Virus genome (UHGV): UHGV-0219736
Source: a virus
Length of the DNA stretch: 34,771 nucleotides
Direction: 5' to 3' (one strand)
This document shows, in pieces, positions 1 through 8,829 of the stretch (within the stretch, counting starts at the first letter, position 1; each line of letters starts with the position of its first letter). The notes under the pieces were generated by a model. The model did not search any database. It saw nothing but the letters and a program-made list of their open reading frames with translations, and was not told the origin of the DNA. The translations under genes and the position numbers were made by a program.

Positions 1-388
1 CATGAACAGCTCTATACGGCTCCACAAAATCACTCGTAATGTCTGTAATGGGTATTGTCCAGTCACTTTGATCTATGTCCGGCTTCCTTGCCTTTCCCTG
101 AATGTCAACCAGTGCCTGAAAAGCTTTTGTATTCCCATCGATGGCAGATTTTATCTGCCCGGCTATCATTGCCGCATTTACCGTCATATCGTCCTCACTC
201 ATATCTTTTACCAGGCTCTTTATCGATCGTGTCCGTCTGCCATCCACAGGAGCCTCCAGCATGGTGGCCGTGAGTTCGTATATTGTCTTTTTTCTCTTTC
301 TCACCTCTGCACTTGCCAACCCGCCTTTTCGACCAATTTCCCGTGCTTGCTCCGTGGTTAAGGCTCGCAAATTATCCTTTCCTGCCAT
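1..388 (-). CDS. Terminase, 5' part (TerS-like N-terminal domain); continues across the circular junction into 34771-33510
   Basis: ATG at 388 reads MAGKDNLRALTTEQAREIGRKGGLASAEVRKRKKT...AIDGNTKAF..., a TerS-like pattern. No stop codon before position 1, and the frame continues in phase at 34771. Confidence 0.85.
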   Translation of the reverse strand, partial: MAGKDNLRALTTEQAREIGRKGGLASAEVRKRKKTIYELTATMLEAPVDGRRTRSIKSLVKDMSEDDMTVNAAMIAGQIKSAIDGNTKAFQALVDIQGKARKPDIDQSDWTIPITDITSDFVEPYRAVH

Positions 389-422
389 GTTTATCCCTTC
401 TGCCGAAAATGTTCTCATAAAC

Positions 423-459
423 CAAAAAGGATGCCTGCTATTTGCAAACATCCTTCTTT
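423..459 (-). terminator. Terminator/attenuator-like hairpin in the late leader upstream of terminase
   Basis: Minus strand AAGGATGTTTGC-AAATA-GCAGGCATCCTT followed by a T run. Confidence 0.5.
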
Positions 460-532
460 GTTTTATGGTTATTTTTAGGAGGTACCTATATTTACATCCG
501 TTTACGCTAATATCTTAGCATATCGCTTTGTT

Positions 533-982
533 TCATTGTGTATCATTTTGTGGCAATTCAAATAATCTTAGGGCCATGCCATGTTTCCGGTTCGTTGTTG
601 AAATTGAGTATTTTATCTTACTTGCCACCTGTGCAATCGTCATACATTCCATATAACGATATTCAAGTAGCAACTCAAGTTCCGGATCACCTATTGCATG
701 TATTGCCTGCTTGATTTCATTCTGCTGCCTTATGTATTCTATTCTCAATTTCTCTCTTTTCTGCATAGCATCTTCCAATGCCATCACATAGCTCTCCTGT
801 GGACTCGTTCTGTCAGCTTGTCCGTTAGGCATACCGGAATATTGTATCGCCTTGGTCGCATCTCTTTCCAGTCTTAATCTTTCTATTTCCCCGTCTAACT
901 GACGGATTCTTTTCTCAACAGGCTGATAGGACCAAAGGTAATCCTTTTTTATTCTGTTTGATTCCTTTTCCGTCATTTTCAT
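533..982 (-). CDS. ArpU/RinA-like late transcriptional activator
   Basis: 149 aa. KKDYL..Y N-terminus, coiled coil, C-terminal sigma-region-4-like HTH (LLEYRYME..TIAQVASKIKYS). Last gene before the terminase. Confidence 0.8.
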   Translation of the reverse strand: MKMTEKESNRIKKDYLWSYQPVEKRIRQLDGEIERLRLERDATKAIQYSGMPNGQADRTSPQESYVMALEDAMQKREKLRIEYIRQQNEIKQAIHAIGDPELELLLEYRYMECMTIAQVASKIKYSISTTNRKHGMALRLFELPQNDTQ

Positions 983-993
983 TCCACCTTTAC

Positions 994-1308
994 TTAATCA
1001 TCATTTTGGGAAGCCCTTATTAATTGTCTCATATCGTTTGGCACAATAAATACTGTAACTAAAATATGATCACAAAATATATACAGGAAATCCCCATATA
1101 TTCTCATATTATTTGCCTTTCTGTTCTTCTTGTATAACCCACTCATCCACTTTTTCAACCGTCCACACGTATCTTTGTGCCTTACACCTTCATAGAAAGC
1201 TTTCTCTGCCAGTCTTTTTGCCGCCCGTCTGTTGATACCAAGGCGTTCCCGCAACCTTCTCTCTGCATGCCTTGATACCTCGATATGTACTTCATTCTTT
1301 GAATCCAT
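994..1308 (-). CDS. Hypothetical protein (possible RelE/DUF4258-like fold)
   Basis: 104 aa ORF with AGGAG RBS. SRHAERRLRERLG start and LVTVF end loosely resemble small RNase-fold proteins. Confidence 0.6.
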   Translation of the reverse strand: MDSKNEVHIEVSRHAERRLRERLGINRRAAKRLAEKAFYEGVRHKDTCGRLKKWMSGLYKKNRKANNMRIYGDFLYIFCDHILVTVFIVPNDMRQLIRASQNDD

Positions 1309-1442
1309 TTAATCAATCTCCTATCTGCATTTTAATAAGCCTGTCACCTCCTGCCGACCGGCGCATAAGCCGGCCGGGTAAAACCTGTTCTGTGATATAA
1401 AATGTGAGGTAAACTTGTTTCTTTTGGACTCTGCCCGGTGTT

Positions 1443-1607
1443 TCAACCTTTTTTCTGTTTTGCCTGCTTTCTTCGCCGTCTCTCCTGCTCTATTTCAAGC
1501 GCCTGCTGCCGTAGCGATTCCTCTATTTGATATTCCGCATAGGTCTTTCCCTGTTCCACCGCTGCCGCTTGAAATTCAGCAATAGCACTCAGCTTTTTCT
1601 TACTCAT
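1443..1607 (-). CDS. Hypothetical 54-aa protein
   Basis: MSKKKLSAIAEFQAAAVEQGKTYAEYQIEE...; start overlaps the upstream stop (ATGA) with a GGAA RBS. Not in the ORF track. Confidence 0.65.
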   Translation of the reverse strand: MSKKKLSAIAEFQAAAVEQGKTYAEYQIEESLRQQALEIEQERRRRKQAKQKKG

Positions 1608-1966
1608 GCTTCCTTTACCTCTATGCGCTTGGTCTCTTTTTCGATCTTCAGTGTTCCGTCTGCTTTTCTCATCAGTTTATACGTCACGGTATTATGTTTG
1701 ACAGTCAGCCTGTCCAGCAGATTTTCTGCAACCGGTCTGGCTGCTGCCATAAGCAGATCCTGCGCTGCCGGATCTGATGCATACTCAGTCTTTATGATGC
1801 TTTCTGCAATATCGATTGACTGCTCAATCTTTTTAAACTGCTGTGCATCACCGCATGTACACAGTTTTGTGGCTTCTCTGTTCTTTTCTCCTTCATCCGC
1901 ATCCTCCGGTACTCTGATCACCTGTGACTGTCCGCAATAGATGCAGGTTCCATATGTTTCTATCAT
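1604..1966 (-). CDS. Hypothetical protein with CxxC/CxC (possible Zn binding)
   Basis: 120 aa, GTCIYCGQ and CTC motifs; translationally coupled to neighbours. Confidence 0.75.
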   Translation of the reverse strand: MIETYGTCIYCGQSQVIRVPEDADEGEKNREATKLCTCGDAQQFKKIEQSIDIAESIIKTEYASDPAAQDLLMAAARPVAENLLDRLTVKHNTVTYKLMRKADGTLKIEKETKRIEVKEA

Positions 1967-2277
1967 GCTTTTTCTCCTTCCTTCATGTATGTATCAAGTT
2001 CTTTCAGTTCTGCTGTCGCCCGGTCGATTTCTTCCGTCAGCCGGATCATCCTTTCCGTTATGGCTTTTTTCACGCTATCCGGCAGAGGTTTTACAATTAT
2101 CTGTCTGATTTCCTTTGGCTTCTGTCCCGGTCTCTTTTTTTCTGCCGGCTCTCCGGCCGCGATCAGGATCTGCCTGATCTGCTCTGGACTGCTGCCATTT
2201 AAGTCCGCAAGGATCTGTATCTGCTTTTCTTTGTTTTTCGCTTCCCGGTAACTTCTTACAATTTCGCTCTGATCCAT
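1963..2277 (-). CDS. Hypothetical phage protein
   Basis: GAGG RBS before ATG (MDQSEIVRSYREAK...QIQILADLN), 104 aa. Confidence 0.75.
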   Translation of the reverse strand: MDQSEIVRSYREAKNKEKQIQILADLNGSSPEQIRQILIAAGEPAEKKRPGQKPKEIRQIIVKPLPDSVKKAITERMIRLTEEIDRATAELKELDTYMKEGEKA

Positions 2278-2304
2278 TTCTGTACCTCGCTTTTCGAATA
2301 ACAC

Positions 2305-2688
2305 CTATTTAACATCAATATCCGGAACAATCCTCTCCGGATAGAATACTAACTGATAATGGTATTTATCTGTACTTGTCGGCTCTGTCTGTTCCATCAC
2401 ATAACAGGTCCAATCATTCAGGTAGATATAATCTTTGTAATATGTATCTTCTCCTGTCTTAATCGTGACTACAAGCTCATTGTTACTGTTATTGCTAAGA
2501 TCCATATATCCTTCTGCCTGCAGCATAATGGTATCTGTTCTCGCATTTGTTACAGTGATCTTTCTGTACAAATTAAATTCATTCGCATCTTTTGTAAGGT
2601 TATAATTGACTGTATCCGCCGTAGTGCATCCCACCAGGCTTACAGCAATGCATACAAGCATAATCAGTGACATAATTTTCTTTTTCAT
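2305..2688 (-). CDS. Lipoprotein
   Basis: Signal peptide MKKKIMSLIMLVCIAVS followed by lipobox LVGC; 127 aa, beta-rich. Confidence 0.8.
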   Translation of the reverse strand: MKKKIMSLIMLVCIAVSLVGCTTADTVNYNLTKDANEFNLYRKITVTNARTDTIMLQAEGYMDLSNNSNNELVVTIKTGEDTYYKDYIYLNDWTCYVMEQTEPTSTDKYHYQLVFYPERIVPDIDVK

Positions 2689-2789
2689 ATTATTTTCTTC
2701 CTTTCTGAATACTAACTAACAATTTATATTCCACGCATCCATCCACCTCATATCAAATGTGATATAATTCAATGGAAGGAGGTGATGCC

Positions 2790-3011
2790 ATGAGAAAACA
2801 GGGAAAATGCTCCCTCAAAGTGTTATCTGACGATAACAAACTGTTACATGGAACAGCAGCTCAATTACACTATGTAAAAGAGCAAGGCGGTTGGGATAAT
2901 TTTATCGAAAATATAACAACTTAAGCAGCAACCGTAGCAGTTAAACACGCTTTCAGAGAAATGGAAAAAGCAAAATTTACATCTATTCCATCAAAGCGCA
3001 AGTCTTCATAA
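2790..3011 (+). pseudogene. Moron-like small gene with an internal TAA (44 aa + 28 aa in frame)
   Basis: Extended -10 TGATATAAT (~2760-2768), AAGGAGGTG RBS, ATG 2790, TAA 2922-2924, same frame open to TAA 3009-3011, then a terminator. Confidence 0.55.
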
Positions 3012-3024
3012 CCCTTTGTGGGAT

Positions 3025-3052
3025 GGGGTAGCATTTCGCTGCCCCACATTTT
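3025..3052 (+). terminator. Intrinsic terminator of the moron
   Basis: GGGGTAGC-ATTTC-GCTGCCCC followed by ACATTTT. Confidence 0.6.
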
Positions 3053-3132
3053 CTGTCTTTACTTTTACACATATCACATAATTACAGCATATCCATAACA
3101 AAACTGCTTTAGCAACGATGTACCTCCCGTTC

Positions 3133-3471
3133 TCACCATTTTTTATAAATCAGCTCTTCTCTGTTCCATTCCGGATAAAGCGTCTTCAGATGCTCCTCCA
3201 TTATTGCCAACATCTCACTTCTCAATCCCACATTGCCGTTATCCAGCATCTGGTGATGGTATCTGCATCCAATCACGCCATTGCCTTCTATTCCAAGGCC
3301 GCCCTGCGACCTCGGAATAAAATGCATAATGTCTTTGATCTCGTAAGCAAGCTGTGAAGTGCTTGTGCAATGGTAGTCCAAGTTGCAAAAGAGGCACTGA
3401 CCGTAGTCACGTTCCCAGATGGCTTGTCTTACTTTTGACGAAAACTGTAAAGCCTTTGTCCTTTTATTCAT
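3133..3471 (-). CDS. HNH-family nuclease-like protein
   Basis: CLFC...MHFIPRSQGG...N..IGCRYHH pattern. Confidence 0.75.
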   Translation of the reverse strand: MNKRTKALQFSSKVRQAIWERDYGQCLFCNLDYHCTSTSQLAYEIKDIMHFIPRSQGGLGIEGNGVIGCRYHHQMLDNGNVGLRSEMLAIMEEHLKTLYPEWNREELIYKKW

Positions 3472-4828
3472 GCTCTGCCTCCGTAGCGTTGTGTCGTTCG
3501 CCTGCTGCCATGTTGATCGCTATGATCTCACTGATTTCATTTACGACATCCTGCGCGGCAAGCTGTGCTGTTACCCAGCGTTTAGCCTGAAGTGCTCCAT
3601 CTATTGCCAGCATACGGTCTTTGATATTCCCGATCCTCAGATTGATCCTTGCTTCATCTGCCGGATCCGTGTCACACTCAGTTTTTTCAACGATTTCGCC
3701 GGTTACGACCTCGACTGCTGCCTCTTCCGGCTCCTTTTCCGCTACGGCTTCCGGTTCATTTTCTACCGGCGGCGGCATGATTTCTTCATTTTCCGGCTCA
3801 TTTTCTACCGGTTCCGTTCCGTTTTGGTCTGTTTCCGGTTCATTTTGGGCTGTTTCCTGCTCCATTTCCGGCTTGACCGGTTCGACTGCTGCCACAGGCT
3901 CGCTCTCAGTCTTTTTGGGCTTTTCAGGCATTTCTGCATTATGTTTTTTCTGCTCTGTATCAGGAACCGGTTGCACCGGTGCAACTTCCACTTTTTCTTC
4001 CGGATATTCTCCATAAAGTGACTTATATGCTTCTTTCCAGTCTGGCAGATAATAATGCAGCTTTTTGAATACTTCGCCCAGTTCATCCCATCCATATGCT
4101 TCCTTTTCCATCGTCCGCATATTAGTGAGTGTGATTGTCGGGTCCTCCTCATTAAGAGCTATCATCAACCGTCCGACTCCCGGAACCCGCACCCTGATAT
4201 TCTCGATGCCGTTCGGTGCGATCACGTCTACCATCTCATCCTTAAATGCAAATACCTTCTGGATGTCTTCTGCCAATCCGGCAGTATATGATAATGCTTT
4301 GTAATAGGTTTCCTGCATTTCTTTGTACTTCTCAGGCTTGCGGAAATACTCATATATTGCCCTTTCAAGGTTTGTCTGCATTTCCGGTTCAATATTTTGC
4401 TGCTCTGCCAATACTTCAAGATCGGAGATCTTCATTTCATCCTTGTAGTCCTTTTTGATCTCCTGTATTTCTTTCTTGGTCATTTCCGGAGAAATTTCTT
4501 CTGCAATCTCATCCGGAAGCGTTAGCATTTCTGCCAGCTTTGCAACTCCAAAAGCCTTATACCGTTCCTGCAGCTGGTCCGAGTATCCGGATACCGCATA
4601 TTTGTCATTGATCGCTATGTATCTTGACACAATGTCCTTTGTCAGTCCGTACTCTGCCTTTGCAAATTCTGCCACTGACTGATATCCGGATTCCGCAAGA
4701 ATATTGGTGTCTCGTGCTACTTTAAGCAGATATCCTATCCGCACAAACCCTTCTGCTGCCTCTTTGATCTCAATATCCATCTGCAGTTTGAAATCACTGT
4801 ATTTTCCCTGGAACTCTATTTCATTCAT
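3464..4828 (-). CDS. DUF3102-like HTH DNA-binding protein with an acidic Pro/Glu-rich linker
   Basis: N-terminal FVRIGYLL...GYQSVAEFAKAEYGL....VSRYIAI. The gene contains one copy of the 16-bp palindrome. Confidence 0.65.
   Translation of the reverse strand: MNEIEFQGKYSDFKLQMDIEIKEAAEGFVRIGYLLKVARDTNILAESGYQSVAEFAKAEYGLTKDIVSRYIAINDKYAVSGYSDQLQERYKAFGVAKLAEMLTLPDEIAEEISPEMTKKEIQEIKKDYKDEMKISDLEVLAEQQNIEPEMQTNLERAIYEYFRKPEKYKEMQETYYKALSYTAGLAEDIQKVFAFKDEMVDVIAPNGIENIRVRVPGVGRLMIALNEEDPTITLTNMRTMEKEAYGWDELGEVFKKLHYYLPDWKEAYKSLYGEYPEEKVEVAPVQPVPDTEQKKHNAEMPEKPKKTESEPVAAVEPVKPEMEQETAQNEPETDQNGTEPVENEPENEEIMPPPVENEPEAVAEKEPEEAAVEVVTGEIVEKTECDTDPADEARINLRIGNIKDRMLAIDGALQAKRWVTAQLAAQDVVNEISEIIAINMAAGERHNATEAEHE
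3970..3985. repeat. 16-bp palindrome GTTGCACCGGTGCAAC, copy 1
   Basis: Exact copies at 3970, 9426, 12052 and 15382. Confidence 0.95.
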
Positions 4829-5012
4829 ATTTTCCCTCCCTGCGTGCTTTGATCTTTCTGATAACCTCTCCGTCTCTTCTTTTTATGCATTTGGAACATA
4901 CCGGATATTTCATTGCTTCAACAATGATTTCCGCTCCGCCATGCTGTACATCCAACATGCTGACTTTCTTTCTGCAGCATATGCAGTATACTTTTTCATT
5001 CTTTGTATTCAC
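4821..5012 (-). CDS. Hypothetical Zn-finger-like protein
   Basis: 63 aa with CICC and CSKC; coupled to flanking genes. Confidence 0.7.
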   Translation of the reverse strand: MNTKNEKVYCICCRKKVSMLDVQHGGAEIIVEAMKYPVCSKCIKRRDGEVIRKIKARREGKYE

Positions 5013-7069
5013 TACATAGCCTCCTCCATCTTTTCTTTCTTCATCATCATTTCCATATAGTGCTTCTCAATCTGCTCCATGTATTTCCTTGCATCTTCCG
5101 GAGCCGCCTGATTGTATATTGTTCTGCACTGCACCAGCTTCCCGCCGTTAAATTCTACCGTGCAGAAAGGTTCATCCACTGCTTCCTTTCTCCGAAGGAA
5201 AAATACTACAGTGTCCCTTCGGACCACTCTATCAAAATAACCACCTACGCAATTATGCTGCTTCTGTCCTTCTGTCTGAAAATCTCTTTTGCTCTTTGGC
5301 CATACGATCACAAACTTTTTTGATGGTGCTGTATAGATCGGTTCTAGCTCTTTTATGATTTTTTTGAGCTTACGGTTTTTCTTTGCCACATCCATTTTTG
5401 CGATCTGTGCATCCATCTCTTTGATCTGCTCTGACAGCATTTCATGTGTCTGATAAAAGTTGGCCGGGAATCTGTTATGCTTATCCTGCGGAAGCCCCAG
5501 CTTGTCAAGCTGCTCCAGATAGTCCCTGTAATCCCGTCCGACAACATATTTTTCAATCTTTGATTGCTCTGTTACTTTCAGCAGATAGTTCAGCTCTTTT
5601 TTCAGATTTTTCCGCTGCACAATAAAATACAGGTCATTTGTACTGTGCGGATAGAATTCACTCAGTGCTCTGACCGTATCCGGTTCAAGGTTTACCTTTG
5701 CCATCCGTCCCGCCTGCAGAATACGCAGCTGTTGTACCGTTACATTCATTGCTACCGCCTGCTTCATGCGATCCCGGTCAAGCTTCAGAAGATCTTCCAG
5801 TTTTCGTGCATTTCGAGCGAAGTCATCAGAATATGTCTTTTCCATGACATGTGTAGCAAGATGTTCTAATCCTGCCTTCATCAGCTTTTCCAGATCATCC
5901 ACGTGGTAGAATGCTTCATTCAAGCATTCATCTACATTGAAGGATTTAAATCTTCTGTTGCGGATATACTCAGCAAGTGGCAGATACTTCAGTTCTGTAT
6001 CCTTGAACAGTTCCTTCAGGTTTTTCTCATACAGTGTGCAATAGGAGCTTGCTCTGTATGCGTAATAACCCATACCGTGACCGGTTGCATGACACCATCT
6101 CACCACACCGGTATTCCTGTACTCATACCACTCAAATACCTCATGTCTTGTAAAATGGTTATCTAAGCGGAATTTATAATCTCCGTACTTTAAAATCTGC
6201 ATATTGCTGTAATTTTCATCCTGTTTGAAACGTATTCCTATTTCCTGGACCGACAGGCAGTAATCTGTTCCGCCGATTACTCTCTGCAGGATCCCTACCT
6301 GTTTGTTTTCTAGTATTTCTTTTTGCTTTCCCCAACTCCTAAGTGTTGCAGATACCCTGCAGGCAGGGCATTTTGCCGTTCCAAGATGCTTTGGTTTGTC
6401 TTTTAACACAATTTCTTTGCCACATCTGAGGCACTTGCCGTTTCTGGTGCCCGGATGATATACAATATTTGCCTGGTTCATAAAGCCTGACTTTACCAAC
6501 CACTCGTTGTTATAGCCGGCCGGATACTCCGGTACTGATTCAATAAATTCATCAATCTGCTCCAGTTCACTCTTGTGTCTTTTTTCCAGCAGATCTTTCT
6601 TTTTCTCTACCTGAAAAATTCTGATCATCTGATAAGCCGTCCCATCTGTTTCCAGATACTGTGCGATTGTTCTTCTGGTTGCTTCTGACGCATATCTTTC
6701 ATTTCCGAAGCTTTTTCCTTCCATAGGCTCATATGGCAGGTTAAATATCATGCCTGTCAGCCACTTTTCCTCTGACCTCTGCCAGGTGATCCATTCCTCT
6801 TTTTCTTTGTCGATAAATACGGTGAACTCCGGATCCTGCTGTCCACACATCAGATCATGCCGTTGCCAGATGCCTACCTTCAGGATTCCATTTTCTACTT
6901 CAGCCTGCAGAAATTCATAATACTTGTAATGATTTACCGTACGAATTCCTCTTTTGCCCCAGTAACTTGGTTCGATTCTCTTTTTTTCCGGTACATCTTC
7001 TTTGTATGCTTTCAAAAGAGAAGGCTTTGCTTTTAACTTGACGAGCTTTTTCAACATTTGTTTCTTCAT
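5012..7069 (-). CDS. PcfJ domain-containing protein
   Basis: 685 aa. CLRC/CPAC Zn ribbon; C-terminal YRDYL...HE...EGQKQHNCVGGY...FFLR...PFCTVE...QCR typical of PcfJ. Confidence 0.85.
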   Translation of the reverse strand: MKKQMLKKLVKLKAKPSLLKAYKEDVPEKKRIEPSYWGKRGIRTVNHYKYYEFLQAEVENGILKVGIWQRHDLMCGQQDPEFTVFIDKEKEEWITWQRSEEKWLTGMIFNLPYEPMEGKSFGNERYASEATRRTIAQYLETDGTAYQMIRIFQVEKKKDLLEKRHKSELEQIDEFIESVPEYPAGYNNEWLVKSGFMNQANIVYHPGTRNGKCLRCGKEIVLKDKPKHLGTAKCPACRVSATLRSWGKQKEILENKQVGILQRVIGGTDYCLSVQEIGIRFKQDENYSNMQILKYGDYKFRLDNHFTRHEVFEWYEYRNTGVVRWCHATGHGMGYYAYRASSYCTLYEKNLKELFKDTELKYLPLAEYIRNRRFKSFNVDECLNEAFYHVDDLEKLMKAGLEHLATHVMEKTYSDDFARNARKLEDLLKLDRDRMKQAVAMNVTVQQLRILQAGRMAKVNLEPDTVRALSEFYPHSTNDLYFIVQRKNLKKELNYLLKVTEQSKIEKYVVGRDYRDYLEQLDKLGLPQDKHNRFPANFYQTHEMLSEQIKEMDAQIAKMDVAKKNRKLKKIIKELEPIYTAPSKKFVIVWPKSKRDFQTEGQKQHNCVGGYFDRVVRRDTVVFFLRRKEAVDEPFCTVEFNGGKLVQCRTIYNQAAPEDARKYMEQIEKHYMEMMMKKEKMEEAM

Positions 7070-7078
7070 AACAGCCTC

Positions 7079-7570
7079 CTACTTGTACAGATCTGCTACT
7101 TTTTGCTTAAAATCTGAATCAGAATCCATATAATATGATTTAATAATCGCCCGGAGCTGACGGTCTGTTCCACATGCGACTGCCATATTTCCGGTTTTGT
7201 TCTTACTGGCTTCGTTCCTCATTTCCCTCAGAATGTTCTTTGCTCTTTTTCCTTTCTTCAGCACTGCTTTCTGCATTTCCTCTGAATCGCACATGCCGCG
7301 GAGCACAAGCATGATCACAGACATTGCCGCTTTTTCCATTTTGTCTTTTACGTCTTCCTTCTCCTCAATATCCAGCCTTCCCTGCACCGCCATCGGAAGC
7401 GTTGCAAGTTCATCCGTCACATCATCCAGATAATCATCCACATCTTCCTTTTCAATTCCGTTTTCTCTTGCGAGTGCATATAAGCTTTCAAAATCTCCTT
7501 CTTGTACAAATCCGGCTGCTGCCTCATTCAGCTCCTCCACGCTGTCAAATTCTCCAAATTTATCAAACAT
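7079..7570 (-). CDS. Hypothetical protein (PcfK-position gene)
   Basis: MFDKFGEFDSVEELNEAA..., 163 aa, GGAGG RBS; directly upstream of pcfJ. Confidence 0.7.
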   Translation of the reverse strand: MFDKFGEFDSVEELNEAAAGFVQEGDFESLYALARENGIEKEDVDDYLDDVTDELATLPMAVQGRLDIEEKEDVKDKMEKAAMSVIMLVLRGMCDSEEMQKAVLKKGKRAKNILREMRNEASKNKTGNMAVACGTDRQLRAIIKSYYMDSDSDFKQKVADLYK

Positions 7571-7574
7571 ACCT

Positions 7575-8003
7575 TTATCCTCCAATTTTCTCTTTCTTCT
7601 TCCTGATCTCGGTTTCCAACCATCCACTAAAACTGCCGGAAACACCGAATTTTACTCTGTGGCGCTGGATTTGTCCGTTGTACTGCTGCCACAGGTCCTT
7701 ATGCGCTATCTCCTGCCCTTTTGCGTTCTTCCAGCCATTCTCCCGCCATCTGTCAAGCCACTGCTCCGCACTACTTAAGTAGCTACTGCCTATGATCTCA
7801 ACCTCACACGGTCTGTTCAGTGCTTTCAGCGCTTCGACTGCTGCCATGAGGTCAGCTTCGTGCGGTGTTGCCTCGGCTTCCCGGAACACGGTCTTTGTGG
7901 CTTCTCGCCCATGCGGATCGTGATAAACCAGGATGTAACCGTATACACCTTTGGTCTTACGTGGTGCTCTGTAAGAGTGGCTTATGTAGATCTGTACCTG
8001 CAT
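7575..8003 (-). CDS. RNase H-like protein, probably catalytically degenerate
   Basis: G.YGYIL...T..EA.LMA.VEAL..L..PCEV.I...SY...WL..W..NGWK..KG..I.H.DLW follows RNase HI, but both catalytic Asp positions are altered. Confidence 0.75.
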   Translation of the reverse strand: MQVQIYISHSYRAPRKTKGVYGYILVYHDPHGREATKTVFREAEATPHEADLMAAVEALKALNRPCEVEIIGSSYLSSAEQWLDRWRENGWKNAKGQEIAHKDLWQQYNGQIQRHRVKFGVSGSFSGWLETEIRKKKEKIGG

Positions 8004-8757
8004 CTTTTCCACCTCCCCTTAACTTCGCCGGTCTCAGTTTTCTCATCGTATAATATTGATATCTGTACCCCGTCACTGGATTGATCCCGGTGTACAGCGT
8101 GTCCTTGTCTATATACCACCCCTTCGGCGGCTTCGGATCTTCCCGGAATGTCCCTGCTCTGATGATCCGCTCTGATACCTTTGGCTCCTTCAGATTGCGG
8201 GAGCAGGAATACCGCTTTTTGTTCGGGTTGTCCGGGGATCGGAAGCTCTCGGCGGTTTCCTTTACGAAATACTCCGCAAGCTTTCTATAGTCTCCTTCAT
8301 CGTCCAGCGGTACAAATTTGGGTCTGCCTCTTGGCCAACATTCCCGGACTGCTGCCACCACATTAAACTTGTCCGAGCTGTTTATAATTATGTGGTGGTG
8401 GATCGCCGACCTTTTGTATTCCGTCACGACAATATATTTCAGTTCTTCACCGTATTTCCGGTATCGTGATTTCACAGAACGGAAGAACCTTGCAAGCTCT
8501 TTCCTGGCTCCACCCGGATCCGGTCTCTCTTCCGGCCGGTATGTAAGAATCAGATGATAATCATCTGCCCCAAAGTTCGTGTTGATCTTTCTTCGGAGTT
8601 TCTGAACCGCTAACCGTTCATTCTGCTTTTGGATTTCCTCTCTGGTCGGCTTTCGTTTCCTCTGCCGTTTCTGTCCCGGAGCTCCATATCTCCCGGTATG
8701 TTTCTTTTCTACCTCAATCGTTTCTCCACAGTAGTATGTGATCTTTTTGTATGGCAT
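7957..8757 (-). CDS. HUH-superfamily rolling-circle-type replication initiator (Rep)
   Basis: Motif 1 HLILTY, motif 2 IHHHIII, motif 3 LAEYFVKE (YxxK). Confidence 0.8.
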   Translation of the reverse strand: MPYKKITYYCGETIEVEKKHTGRYGAPGQKRQRKRKPTREEIQKQNERLAVQKLRRKINTNFGADDYHLILTYRPEERPDPGGARKELARFFRSVKSRYRKYGEELKYIVVTEYKRSAIHHHIIINSSDKFNVVAAVRECWPRGRPKFVPLDDEGDYRKLAEYFVKETAESFRSPDNPNKKRYSCSRNLKEPKVSERIIRAGTFREDPKPPKGWYIDKDTLYTGINPVTGYRYQYYTMRKLRPAKLRGGGKDAGTDLHKPLLQSTT

Positions 8758-8829
8758 CTTGTCGTCTCTCCTGTCGCAAACTTAATATCTGTATCAAGCC
8801 AAGAAAACAGGCTCAAAAGCCCTGTTTTC

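Noticed and set aside
2922..2924. Genome-wide stop-codon reassignment
   Set aside because: This is a single internal TAA; all core genes are intact under the standard code and use all three stop codons.
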